From Dicyema japonicum (lineage: Eukaryota > Animalia > Dicyemida), in assembly GCA_011109175.1 (NCBI GenBank), contig RDEW01000037.1:560760-624759 (forward strand): a DNA stretch of 64,000 nt, in the 5' to 3' direction. The notes beneath the pieces are model-generated. The model saw only the letters and a program-made list of their open reading frames with translations. It did no database searches and was not told where the DNA came from. How positions within the stretch are numbered: position 1 is the stretch's first letter; each line of letters opens with the position of its first letter. Shown here piece by piece: positions 36,761-49,158 of this stretch. The translations under genes were made by a program, and so were the position numbers.

Positions 36761-39700
36761 TAGTCGCTATATTTAGAAAACTAATAAGCAGGTCACAAAG
36801 AATAAGAAATTTAAACTAAGACCAAGGGAAAAATATTTCTTTGACTAATCTAGTTTTGGTTTATATTTTAAATAAAGACACATTTATTATATATTTTTAT
36901 TTTACTTATTATAAAAACAAGATAAAGCCGTGTGGTGCCATGTGTCTACTCGATTGAAGATTTATGATTGTTTTGTCTGTTCCCCTCTCTCCTTTCCACT
37001 AGAGTGGCGTAATGTAATCCACCTGTATCTGTGGTGCCAGGGTGTCACGAAAAAAATCATTTGATATCCAACACTTAACTGGAGGAGTTTCAAAACTGCA
37101 ATGGATGTCTTCTACTTTTTATGCTGATTCTGCATGGATTTGTTTGACTTTGAAGGACTTTTTTCTGTGATAGAGAAAACTGGATACACTTAATTAACTG
37201 TTTACTTCTTTCTCAGTGTATCTGGGGTTATTTATAATAGAAAAAAGCAAAAGTAATTATTTTATCCTACTGACTTGTTAAGTTGGCTCTCACGATCGCT
37301 ATTGAGAGTAACTCAATATGCGGAGGTCATAATGTATTATATTAGTTTGTTAAACGAAATAGAAAATATAATGAGTTGTTTTATGGGAATCATGGACGTG
37401 GGAAAAAAACTTATCTGGAACTATACTAAGCTATTCCTACGTCGAAAATAATTTTTTCACGTGTAATGCTGCATTCATGTATCCTGCCTGTCACAAAACT
37501 ACATGAATGGAAAGTGGAGAAATTCAGGTGGGAAGCTGGTTCTTATATAGAACTAGTTTGACTATGTTATGTGTCGGATTAAACACAAAAACTCTCAAAC
37601 TCAAGTTCGTACGAGGTTCGACAACCGTCAGTGACCACAGGATGGTAATTGCTTAACAAAACATACTATCCAGAACATCAAAAAGCTACCAAGAATACAT
37701 TGAGACTCATCTACTGGATGTATCGACGGACGTCTCACTAAGAGATTCCTGACCTTTATTACCTTGGCACAAGAGAGAAGTGTAAGACTTACATGATGTC
37801 GCTTTACCTAGAGGTCGCTGAGCTAGACAGGAACATTAAAGATATATGCAAGAAAAAATCAACTGATGATATATGAGAAAATCCTCTAAGGTGAGACAGC
37901 ACATTATAACGAATATAAATAAACTGAACAAGAAACAAGTTCCAGATAAATTATTATCTCATTAAATGAAGTAATCAAGATAATACATAAATGTACACAG
38001 CAATACGAGTGTTTCGATAAACTGAAAAGATATTAAGGATGGAATGGGAAATTAATATTAAACCCAGAAGAACAAGTCAATCTTATTGCAGACCATTTCA
38101 CGAAGATGTTTAATGTGAATGCTACATCAATTTCTCTTTTTGATGGATTGCCAATAAACTAAAAACTATAGGAGTCCTGGTGTGAGGGCATCATCGCCTG
38201 TATGATAAAACTACAACCCTATTAAATGACATGTCTACCACCTGCTCTACTCTATCTATAGGGATCAGATTATTAATTCCAATACAGTAAATTATTACAG
38301 CTAAAGGACCACTTGAAAATTTACGCTACTAAACTCTTTACGTAAAGTATTTGAAAATATTGTGATGGAACGAATAAAAGGACTACATGAAAGTCAAAGT
38401 GGATTCTGAGAAGGGAGATTAACAGCCGATGCGATTTTGAATCATGGATGGAGGCGTGCAACGCATCAAAGATAGAATAACGCCACTAACATTCTGGGGA
38501 TAGAGTTATCTTTTGACACGGTCATTGGCATAAATTAATGGGGGTACTGGAACAATATCTCGATGAGTCAAGCCTGAGACTGATAAGAATTCTACTATCC
38601 AGTACTGAGCTCTTTGTGAAAGTCGGAAAGGCCTACTCAAGAATAGTTAACACAAATACATGCACCCCTCAAGGAGACTCTCAATTACTATTTGGAAGGA
38701 GCTATGAGGAAACTCAGATTAATCTATTTAGACAAGACATTTCCGAAGACGGAGCGCATTCTTGGGACATAAAAACTCAGTCCCCTTTTATGAAAAAGTG
38801 AGATATTATACGAAGAAAAACCCTAGCAAATGCGGTTATGCATAATAATCTATGGATTAAACGAAAATGATCAGCATCAAAATATGGATACAGCTATACA
38901 ATTCGCTTATAAAACCTATTCTGCTATACAACACTAGGACCTGGGCTACTTCAAATGAGGAAGTGAGACAGGAGCCGGTGAGAAAAATAACAGGGGTGGT
39001 GGACCAGAATCTCATGTAAATGAATATAAAAAAATGCGGATCTAAGCCAACAAGCCTGGAAGTAATTGAGTTTCGCTGAAGACTATTTGGCCACATTCTG
39101 AGGATGGATTTGCATCCCCGCCGAACAGAGCTATGGAAAATTACTATTTTGTCAATAGAGTCGTTTCCGTGAAAGGCCTAGAGTAACAGTGTCTTTTGTC
39201 CTTCAAAAGGAGCTGAAAAGGGCTAAAAACTACTCGAATCCGCCGACGACTTTGACTTATTGAGAACCTTAGCAAATAACAAGTGAGCTTGTTTGGTTTG
39301 CGTACCGATATGGTGAATTATTTTTCCCCATTATCTCCCCTATTGTTCACGTTATGATGGATGACTTGCCACTCCCTTAGGGGGACGATGACTTACTATT
39401 AACGTATGCTGATGATATATTCATTGCCTCGAGGGATGTGAGTATTGTGGAAGCAACGAGAAGAATACAAGACAATATGAATTATGGCTTTGGGAAAATC
39501 AATTGACTGCTAGCCCAGAGAAGTCGGTTGTCAACCTTATTCACGACAAACAGAAGACTAGGGAAAGTATCAATTGACGTCAAATTGGATGGGAAGATTA
39601 TACCCCAAAAATACCAGAAAATCATGGGAGTCACCTTTGACACCTTAACCTTTACAAAACATGTCGGAAATATGTTAATGATTTGTACGAGGAAAATCAA

Positions 39701-42451
39701 CTTCCTGAAAGCGTTCTTGGGAGACCAAAGAGACATAAAAGATCTGAGTGGTCTGGATGTCATATACAAACAGTTCATCGAGGCTACAATAGGATACGCA
39801 TGTAATATCCGGGGATCTAACCTTTCTTCAAGGAATTTGGACAAGACATCCAACATTCAAGTGAAGCCAGCAAACCTACTAAGGAAATATTCGGAGTGGA
39901 AATCTAGCCTAGAAACCTAGAAATTATGATAGAGGCGAGTGGAACAGTGCCCCTACAAAGGACTCGGGTATGCGGACCCCGTCCATTTCGAAAATGCGCA
40001 GGAACTCAGTCGGAACACCGAGAAAAGATACGAAGACTGCTAAGGGAGGCTGGGATCACCTGAATTTGGTTTTTTGGATATGAAGGTTGTTTTTTGGTTT
40101 AATAAAATAAAATTATTTTTCCATAATTCGGGAACGACATTCGTAACCGACTTGATATGTCTACTGAAAATTATCTTCCTCCTTATTTACCTTGGACAAA
40201 TAACCGTGGATATATTTATCAACCAGACAAAATTACCTTCCACGAAAAAACTGAAAATCTTGGGATCACCTTCAACACACACATGCCCTTTTCATCTCAT
40301 GTAGACGGCATCCTCGGAAGCTGCTCAAGAAAGCTAGGGATAATCAAATCTATTTTTGGTGGCACTAAAACCCCTTTTCCAGCATTGAAGTTATTGTACA
40401 ACAATTCATTGAGCCATCTGTCAGCTATGCCTGTGTGTCATGGGAATCAATCTGTCCTGGACGAACAAACATAAAATCAGCGACATTCAGTCCTTAATAG
40501 CCACTAATATTAGTATTTTTGGGAACTAAAAAATTAATCCACCCATCACTTGAATACCTTATCCGACAAAATGGAAAGGGATTTGTTTCCCTGTGCATGA
40601 ACTACAACTACCAAATTACACAGCCATGACGTGTCTTATGAAAAAGATATACATCACCCCGCTCCAATTTCTATTCCCAAATCATCCCACAGGGAAGCCG
40701 CGTTGGATCCAAAAGGCGTACAAGAGAGGATGAGAAATCAGATTGAGCGATATTTTGTTGGCTTCGCGAGATCAGGACATTTAGAAGGCCACAGAAAGAT
40801 TACAAATTAACCTGGATAGGCTTAATGCCTGAATACCTCTGACAAAAGATTGGGAAGGAAGACAGTCACCGTGAAGTTAAACAAGGTCGGCATCCCTTTC
40901 AACAGATGTCAAAAGATCTTGGGAGTGACAATTGATATGCATTTCTCTTTGACACCACACGTAGAAAACATTCTATTGAAATGCGAGAAGAAACTGAACG
41001 TATTGAAAAGTTTTTCGAGAATATGGAAGAGTGGTACTCACCCGGTCTTGATGAACGTGTACAAACAGTACATCGAGCCATGTTTCTCAGATGCATGCGC
41101 CTCGTGGGGACCGTCCATATCTTGGACAAATATGAGGAAAATTGAGGAACTGCAAAAGACGGTTTACGGAGTAACGGAGCGTTGGATTTGTGATCATCGA
41201 ACCGGACCTACGCCTCTGGAGGCCCTTATGAGACTAGACTCCAGATCACGGGAAGGTGGACCCGAAAATTCAGGCAGTCGTCCTGTACGTTCATGCGCGG
41301 CACGAAGTAAGAACACCGGGCAAAGATGAGGTCTCTGTTAGAATGCATCGGGATCACGTGATAATTAATTTGTTTTTACCGTGGTTTTGGTTAAATAAAA
41401 AAAACTAATAATTTACAAGGTGAGGGATTATCGATTATCACCATATATGTGTAGCTGCTCACAGATGATTCCTCGTACTCTTCCAATTTTTGGCCGCACA
41501 GGATTATTAAGAGCATCCAACGCTCACTTCCTTTGTTTAGAACTTAAGGTTTCCGATTTCTCCTGAGTCGATTGCTCGTCCATGCTCACGAGAATGAAAA
41601 CATGGGGTTTCATCCGTCATGAAGGGAAGTTGATATCTCGTGCGATAGAGGTACGCCACCTCAATCCTCCGACCAATTAACCAATTGGTTTAAATAACTT
41701 TAACCCCTGGTTAATTAAAGAAACAAACCAACGATAAAACCACGTGACATATCCTCCCAAATCTCATATTTTTACCAATAATATCAAAAAAATATTTAAA
41801 GGGATTGAATAGAAAAAATATAATGTAAGTGGAAGATTCCCGCGAACGATGCTTGGTATTAAAATTTTAGCCACCCAGTTATGGCTGTGGCCCTCTAACT
41901 TCAATTTTTTGTTTTAGCTGATAAACGTACCAAATGTAATAATATTATGTGACCTATTGAATATAATCTGAATATTAATGCAAAATATAAAAGATGACTA
42001 ATAATCAGTTTTAATTATTTTAAAGGTCTCATAGTTTCAAGCTTGAGACTAGGTAGTCTGTCATTCTAGATAAATGGTGGAGATGGAAAACGTCCGGATG
42101 AAATGACCATATTTCCGTTTGGTGCTGGGAAGTCCCTAGACTGGACGTTATGTGTAGGAAAATTTTACTTCTAACATCTTCCCTCAGATTGCTAACAATG
42201 CTTGTTCAATCGCTGGAAAGGCCGAGACATTGAAGCGTCTGACCGGTGAGTTTCCCCGGATGGTCTCTGATCTCTTCAATTAGGGTTTCTTAGAGAGCTT
42301 TACTAATAACAATCTAACAACATCCACTTTTGTTTCAGGGAAATTAGTGACATCAGCATCCACAAATGCAAATATCCAAAAATAATTATTCCATTTTATC
42401 AACCAAAAATTAAATTTAAGTGAAGCAAATAACAGAAATCAATATTTAAAA

Positions 42452-42927
42452 CTAATTCTGATTGTGTAGTGAGTTAGAATTAAACTCATCATATGGGAAT
42501 TGGGGGTAACCTGAAAACGGTGGTTGTAGCATAGTGTCCTGCCCAAGGAATGGAATCGTGAAGGAATCCAGGTCTGTTGGGTAATTAAAGTGGGATTCGT
42601 TAAAGTACGGCATATCTGTGAACAAACTAGGTACTTCAAGGTGAGGATCAGCAAAACTTGGAGGATTTGTGCAGTCGAAGTAGATAGGATAGAAGATACT
42701 AAAGTTCCCATAAATCACTTACTCCCACCATTGTTTAAGAAAGCCAGGAGACTCTCCAACCTGTACTGGTCCTTCGTATTTAATCTAAATTTAATCAAAT
42801 CTGTACCTCTTTTATAAAATTCTCGGCTATTTCGCCCGCTCCAATATGGTGAAGGTACTCGTAGACGTGAGCTGGGAGTCTTCAACTTTACGATTTAACA
42901 GTACCTGTCCTTTTCTTGCAATACCAT
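42452..42927 (-). CDS. Ssdp: Miniature SSDP/SSBP2-3-4-like LUFS (LisH) domain protein, ~134 aa, copy 2
   Basis: Exons 42927-42905, 42879-42807, 42784-42723 and 42698-42452; GT-AG introns of 25, 22 and 24 nt. Spliced protein MVLQEKDRLPAHVYEYLHHIGAGEIAENFIKEIKYEGPVQVGESPGFLKQWWDIFYPIY... aligns without gaps to SSBP [54 protein letters not shown]. Confidence 0.92.
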
Positions 42928-45900
42928 TTTAGTTTTAATGTTTTCACATTTTATTCCTATTTCGGTTCGAAGTGAAATTTATAAAAAATAATATTTTATT
43001 AATATATAATTAATTTAAACCTTTTGGATTTTATATCTCTCCTTGGCGCTATGTGGTGCTACGTGACTAATTGGTTGAAGTTTTCTGTTTGTTTTGTCTG
43101 TTCCTCCTCTTTCCCTTACCTACTAGAGTGGCGTCATGTGATCAGTGCCATATTGGCACAAAAAAGGATCATTTGCTCTCCCCAACTCCATTGGAGGGGT
43201 TTCCACAACTGCAAGTAATGGACGTCTTTTACCTTTTATGATGGTTCGGGGTGGACTCTGTTTCTGTAGCAGTAAAAACTGGGTACACTTAACTAGTTGT
43301 TTATTTAACTTACTTCTCGGTGTATCCGGACGAACAAAACACAAGACTGTGTGCTTTTTTTATGGGAGGAACCAACATCCCCAGTTGTCCCACACATAGT
43401 CCGAACAAGGAAGTAGAAGTGCTCTGTCTCGAGATAACTGTTCGTTTCATGTTAATTTAAGTTGGAACCTGCGAAGTTTTCAAGGCACTTTCTCCGAGTT
43501 GACCGCTAAACCAACTCTCGTCGCCTACAATATTTGTTGTGCAAGCATCCCCTACGGCCTTACAACCTACGCCCAGTCTCTCCCTTAGCCGGAGTGCGTC
43601 CCCTGATAGCATCAAAAGATGAAGTACTCCTCCCAATACGGACTTTTGCCCTAGTATCAGAGCAGGGCTCAACGGAATCAGACCGGACCATCTGAAAGAC
43701 TTAACTTCTTTGTCTCTATGAGATTCAGGACTTCGTTTCACGAATTTAACTACCTCATTTATGAACCCTAAGTTGTCAACCACTTTTTGCTTTCCTCAAA
43801 CTTGATACCCTGCGATTAGAATGACGGCGGTGTACGACCAGTCGCGGTCGGGTTTGACTGCAGAAGGCTGGCTGCCAAGATTGCCTCCCAATATTCTATA
43901 ACTGATTCATTTTCCAGAAACTATTATGTAAAAGATCGTACCCCTTAGAGTTAGGATGTCTGGCACACTGTTCATCTCAAGCGAGTTTCTACCTGGGCAA
44001 CGAGAATACAGAGAATGCACAAGTAGGGAAGAACATCTACTAAGATGAGGAGACTACTGAGAGGCCATATTGCCTATTAGCCTCGTCCCCTTTTATTTAA
44101 ATGGTGGTGAATTCTGTTCTTGAGTCTGCCCCAGTTTTTAAATATTATCTAACTTTATGTACGTGCTATCCCAAAATAGATGACAGTGATTATTGGTATC
44201 AAAGCAATGTTAGAGTTGATCCACCATGGGTCGATTTCCAAGAAGGGGCCAAGAATCAATAATTAGATAGCAGTGTTTTATCATCAACTTGATTATTGTA
44301 AGCCTTGGTTAGAAAATATCGATAATTCAATTTGCATAATTATTCAAAAATAACTGAAGGGTGAATCAAATCAAAGTAACACTAAATTAGTGAATCTTGG
44401 TTGAGGTGTGGCGTGTCTCTTGCACAAGATGTCTTCTTCATGCATTCAATCTTCCCTGTTCACTATTGGATGATCTGATGGCGGATGCGAGAAACAGGGA
44501 AGGATGGAAATGACTTACAGCGCGTGTCCAGAGATGCATGGCAAAAGTGGAATCTCAAATTAGTTAACTTTTCTGTTTCATTGCTATTAATAATAAATTA
44601 GTGAATTTTCTCTCAAAGTATCATCTTATAATTGCTTTTGGTTGAATGGTTGACACTTTTCTAGTCTTTAACGTACTCTCAGTTTGTCTACTATACAGTT
44701 GGATGTTAGAAACTAGTAGAAAGGATAGTTGGGAGAGGATAAACCAAAACCCTATGTATTCGCATGTTCATGGGAAACGTGGGAGTGCCTTTAACTAGAG
44801 GAGAGTTCTAGCTCGTATTTGACTTTTTGCTGTGTAATTTATTGTACCTTCGACTTGCATTTTCAGTTTGGCGTTTTGGTATCGTTCTCCAAGATCATCT
44901 TCATCTCCATTTTCCTAATTTGAACTCCCGAAACTGCCAATGTGCTCAGTTGCTTGTTTTCTTAAATTCTTCAATTTCTTTGTTTAATGTCTGAAATTCC
45001 TTTTCTGACAGATTATTTGCCTTTTCTCCACTTTGATTTGATTGAAAGGTACATTATTCAGTTTTATTGTGCATTCAATATTTTAATTTCGAAAGCCAAT
45101 TTTCAATACTTTACATTAGTCGCGAGCCCAAGTCTACACTGAGCCGAGGATGATACTTTGACAGCTTTCAGCATAACTGTCATTTTAACTAAAACTTAAT
45201 CAATAACTTTATTTTATTTTTACATATAAAGATTATGACCTAATGGCCTATAGCAGGATTTTTGTCAAAGATAATGAAGAGTACCGACTTCTAAAATCAA
45301 TCCTTGAAGTTCAAAACGTAAATACTTCTAAAGTTAAAAAGTACTGCCTAAAAAAACGAAAATTTTATTATTATTGACGGAAAGCTTTATCTCAAAGTTG
45401 TTGACTTTGAGGAATTGAAAGATACATTATTCGTAAGTGGTAAATTACTACAATGTTTGCCACTACGCAGTGCCACTGAAACAATATTACGATTTGAGTC
45501 GTATTGTTGCAGATTTATCTAATTAGAGATTTCTAGTTGATCTGATTGATCCTAAAGCTATAGGTTAGGTTATTTTTGTAGATTTGAAAATCAAAATGAT
45601 CAGTTTTCTTGGTCGTTGTCAGTTACAGACGTCTATTAAGAATATTGATTTACGAGAAACCTAGAAAATAATCGTGGAATTCAGGTGGCCAACAAATTAG
45701 AAGAATAAATCTCTCACTCATCCACAAATAAATTGCTGCTTTTATTTTTAGGTGTTTGTCCGTTTCAGATATATAGAGGGATTCCGGGGTTCAATACTAT
45801 CGTGGAAAATACTATTGAAGTAACGGAGGCAGACGGTCAAGACAACCCCTAAACATTTACTAAGGGTTTTTTGCCTTTAATTTTACAAAAGATGATTTCA

Positions 45901-46980
45901 AATTTAATTTTCCAAGGGTCGATCTGAATCTCCTTATTATAAAAGAATGAATAGGAAGATGGGAGTGCAGAATGAATGGGAAGAATGTCCGTACCATTAA
46001 CTTCTTAAAGAATTCTGTGACGTTTTACCAAGAGCGTTTATACTACAAAAACAGTGATTCCATATCAGGATTAGGTCGTGGAAGGAAATAGGCTCCACTG
46101 TGAGACGCTGTGTAGACGTTATAAATCGCAAATCCTTAATGAGAAGATCCTTGCTATAAGAAATAAATTGATGCTTTATTCGAAGGAGGATTGAGGAGGA
46201 AAAGGTGGATAAAGGAATTTTACCTTTCAGAAATTTCCACAAAAACATTATGCATGGAGAGACTGAATCTGACATATTGTGCTGGAAACCATAGTAGAGG
46301 ATTTTTTACGCAAAAAGCATCAACTGTTCTCCACCACCTGTTGAACCTTGTGAACACCTACCGGACATAATTACAAGAACTTGATCACAGATATGTCTTA
46401 AGTAGGACTGACAAATTGAACAGGATACATTCCTCCGTGACAGAATGCAGATATGATGAGCTCGGAGTTTTTCATATAAAAATAAAATTGTATAAGAGGA
46501 CTTATAAACCTCTTTAAGGCTCTCATAGATAGAACTATTACCTTAACCACTTTAGTTGACAAATCTCTGTCCTAAAATATATAAATTTCTAGTTGAGTCA
46601 GTCTCACCCTTAAACGATTGTTGAATTTCTCTCAGAATAACTTTTTTACTATAAAGCTAATATTTTAAGACTCCACGTGTCTGGTCAGTATTAAAAGACT
46701 TTATGTTTCTTTGTGTCTGAGATTGTTCTCTGGTGCTGTTCTTAGTGACTTGTTAACTAGGAGAGCTGATGATTAGGGGGTCACGAATTTCCTTGTATTC
46801 TTTCTGTCCTGATAGGAAAATAAAGGCTTAGATGAGCTTGCCTGTGATTCATTTAAGGGACCACGTGACACATTTAATCAATGAACACTCCATTCGGGAA
46901 TTTTAACAAAATGATTTAAATCGTTCCTTATGGGGATGGCATTGTTAAAAAAAGTTGTCTTAGCAGCGATGACTTTAGAT

Positions 46981-49158
46981 CAGGGATTCTCAACGGCGCC
47001 CCAGCGGGCCGCATGCGGCCCCCACGATTTTGGTGCGGACGCTTAAAATTATTAAAAAAATATTACATATTTTACATAATACAGCCGGATTTTAACTGTG
47101 CTTTTTCTTTCTGTTTGTTTCGTACAATAAACTTTTTATGGTTAAAAAATTTTTACATATTTTAACTATTGTTTTTAAATTAAATATTTTTTGTATTAAC
47201 TTTTAATTAATATTGCTTGTGATGTCTGGAAAACGTGTTAAAAGAAGTAGAAAAATTATTCAAGAAAATCGTGCAATTAACCCCGAATGGGAGGAACAAT
47301 TTATCGTTTTTAAGAAAATGGCAAAGCACATTGCCTGATTTGTCATTTTGTTATTCGATGTCTTAAGTTATATTATGTCGAGAGGCATTATATGAAACAT
47401 TCTTCAGAATATGATTCATTTCGAGGTGAATCAAGAAAAATCAAATTTCTATCTATGAAATCAAATCGCAAACTACAAACCACTTTGTTCAAACAGCCCA
47501 TGCATCAAGATCCGCTACAATAGCTTTTTCAAAATTTGTCATCTACTTGCAAAAAATATGAAGCCGTATTCAGATGGAGAATTTATTAAGCAAGCTATCC
47601 TTATATTTACTGAAAAATGTTGTTTTCAGAAATTAAAAAAATGTTATAAACTTACAGCTAAGCAACGATACAGTTACTCGGAGAATTGAGAGAATATCTG
47701 ACGATATTCAATGCCAGCTACTCACTGAATCCTACTTTTTCGTACACTATTCTATTGCTCTTGACATCACTAAAGATATTAGTGATACAAAACAATTGGC
47801 TGTGTTTATTCGAGATGTCATGCCTGACTTCAAAATTTATGAAAATTTTCTCACGCTACGTAACTTTCATGCTTCTACTAAAGGAGCTGATATATTCCGT
47901 GAATTTCGTGATTGCCTTGAAAGGCACATTTGGATCTTTCAAAAATGTTTTCAATTGCCACAGATGGATGTCCTTTTATGGTTGGATGGAAAACGGGTTT
48001 CAAGGTCTCGTAGCTGGATGGCGAGTAGATGATGAATTGAGTCCTGTGATTTGGCAACACTGCATACTACATCAAGAAAATTTAGCTGTAAATCTATGAA
48101 AATGGACCATGTAACAGAAACGGTCATTTCAATCGTAAATTTATTCGCTCTCGTGCTTTAAAATCACCGCAATTTTAGGTAATTTCTCGAGGATGTTGAT
48201 GCTGAGTATAGAGATTTGCTCATGCATACAACCGTACGATGGTTGAGTCGGGCAGCATGTCTGAAAAGGTTGTATAAATTTTAAATAAATCGCATTTAGA
48301 TTTTATGACCTTCTCCCGGAGATTATAAATTTTATTGACAATAAGATATTCTATCTTTAGCTTACTGATAAGGAGTGGATTGCGGATTTTAGCATTTATG
48401 GTTGATATTTTTACACACCTTTCGATTTTGAATACTTCTCTGCAGGGTAAGAACAAACTATGTCATGAATTATACGGACTTGTTTCTGCATTTATCGAAA
48501 AACTACACCTTTTCAAAATACAAATTGCAAGTAGAGTTACCATTCATTTTCCAATACTTTCAAACCACAGGGTAGATGGATCATATGAAAAATATACCTC
48601 TGTTATTAGTGACTTAATCGATGAATTCGAAACACGTTTTAATGATTTTAAAGAAGCTCTACCTATTATGAAAATATTTTCGTCACCTATGGAAACAGAT
48701 GCTGCAACCCGCTCCATATGTATATCATTTGGAGCTAATTGAAATGCAGGCAGATTTACAACTTACCGCGCTATTTAAGTCAAGTGAACTATTGGATTTT
48801 TAAAGTCGAATTCCACAATGGAAATATCCAAACTTGGTCGATAATGCTCAAAAAATGCATCAGTCTTCGGATCAACGTATGCATGTGAAGCTCTTTTCAG
48901 TAAACTTACGCGAATAAAAAGTAAGTATCGAAATCGATTGACTGATGAACACTAATTCAACTTTTACGTACATCGTCTTCGAACTTTACTCCTCGTTTCG
49001 ATAAAATAGTAGGCCAAGCAAAATCAAGTCTCACATTGATTCTCTTATTACGTAGTAAAGCCTTTTTTTTTAATCAAATAAAATATTTTTTGTGCGGCCC
49101 GCAAAGATACTCTTAATTATCGTTTTGGCCCTTGAGCTAAAAAGGTTGAGAACCCCTG
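46981..49158 (+). mobile_element. Buster hAT, copy 2
   Basis: Same TIRs, TSD and flanks as copy 1. Intron at 48269-48299. Confidence 0.97.

Larger units (their letters stand above)
21977..36957 (+). repeat. Tandem segmental repeat, unit 1 (~15.0 kb, includes the MULE insertion)
   Basis: Colinear high identity with units 2 and 3. hAT starts at 33153 / 46981 / 60854, giving periods of 13828 and 13873 bp. Confidence 0.95.

Noticed and set aside
43457-43783. 108-aa minus-strand ORF conserved in units 2 and 3
   Set aside because: Antisense to the CRE RT fragment; its conservation only reflects the duplication.
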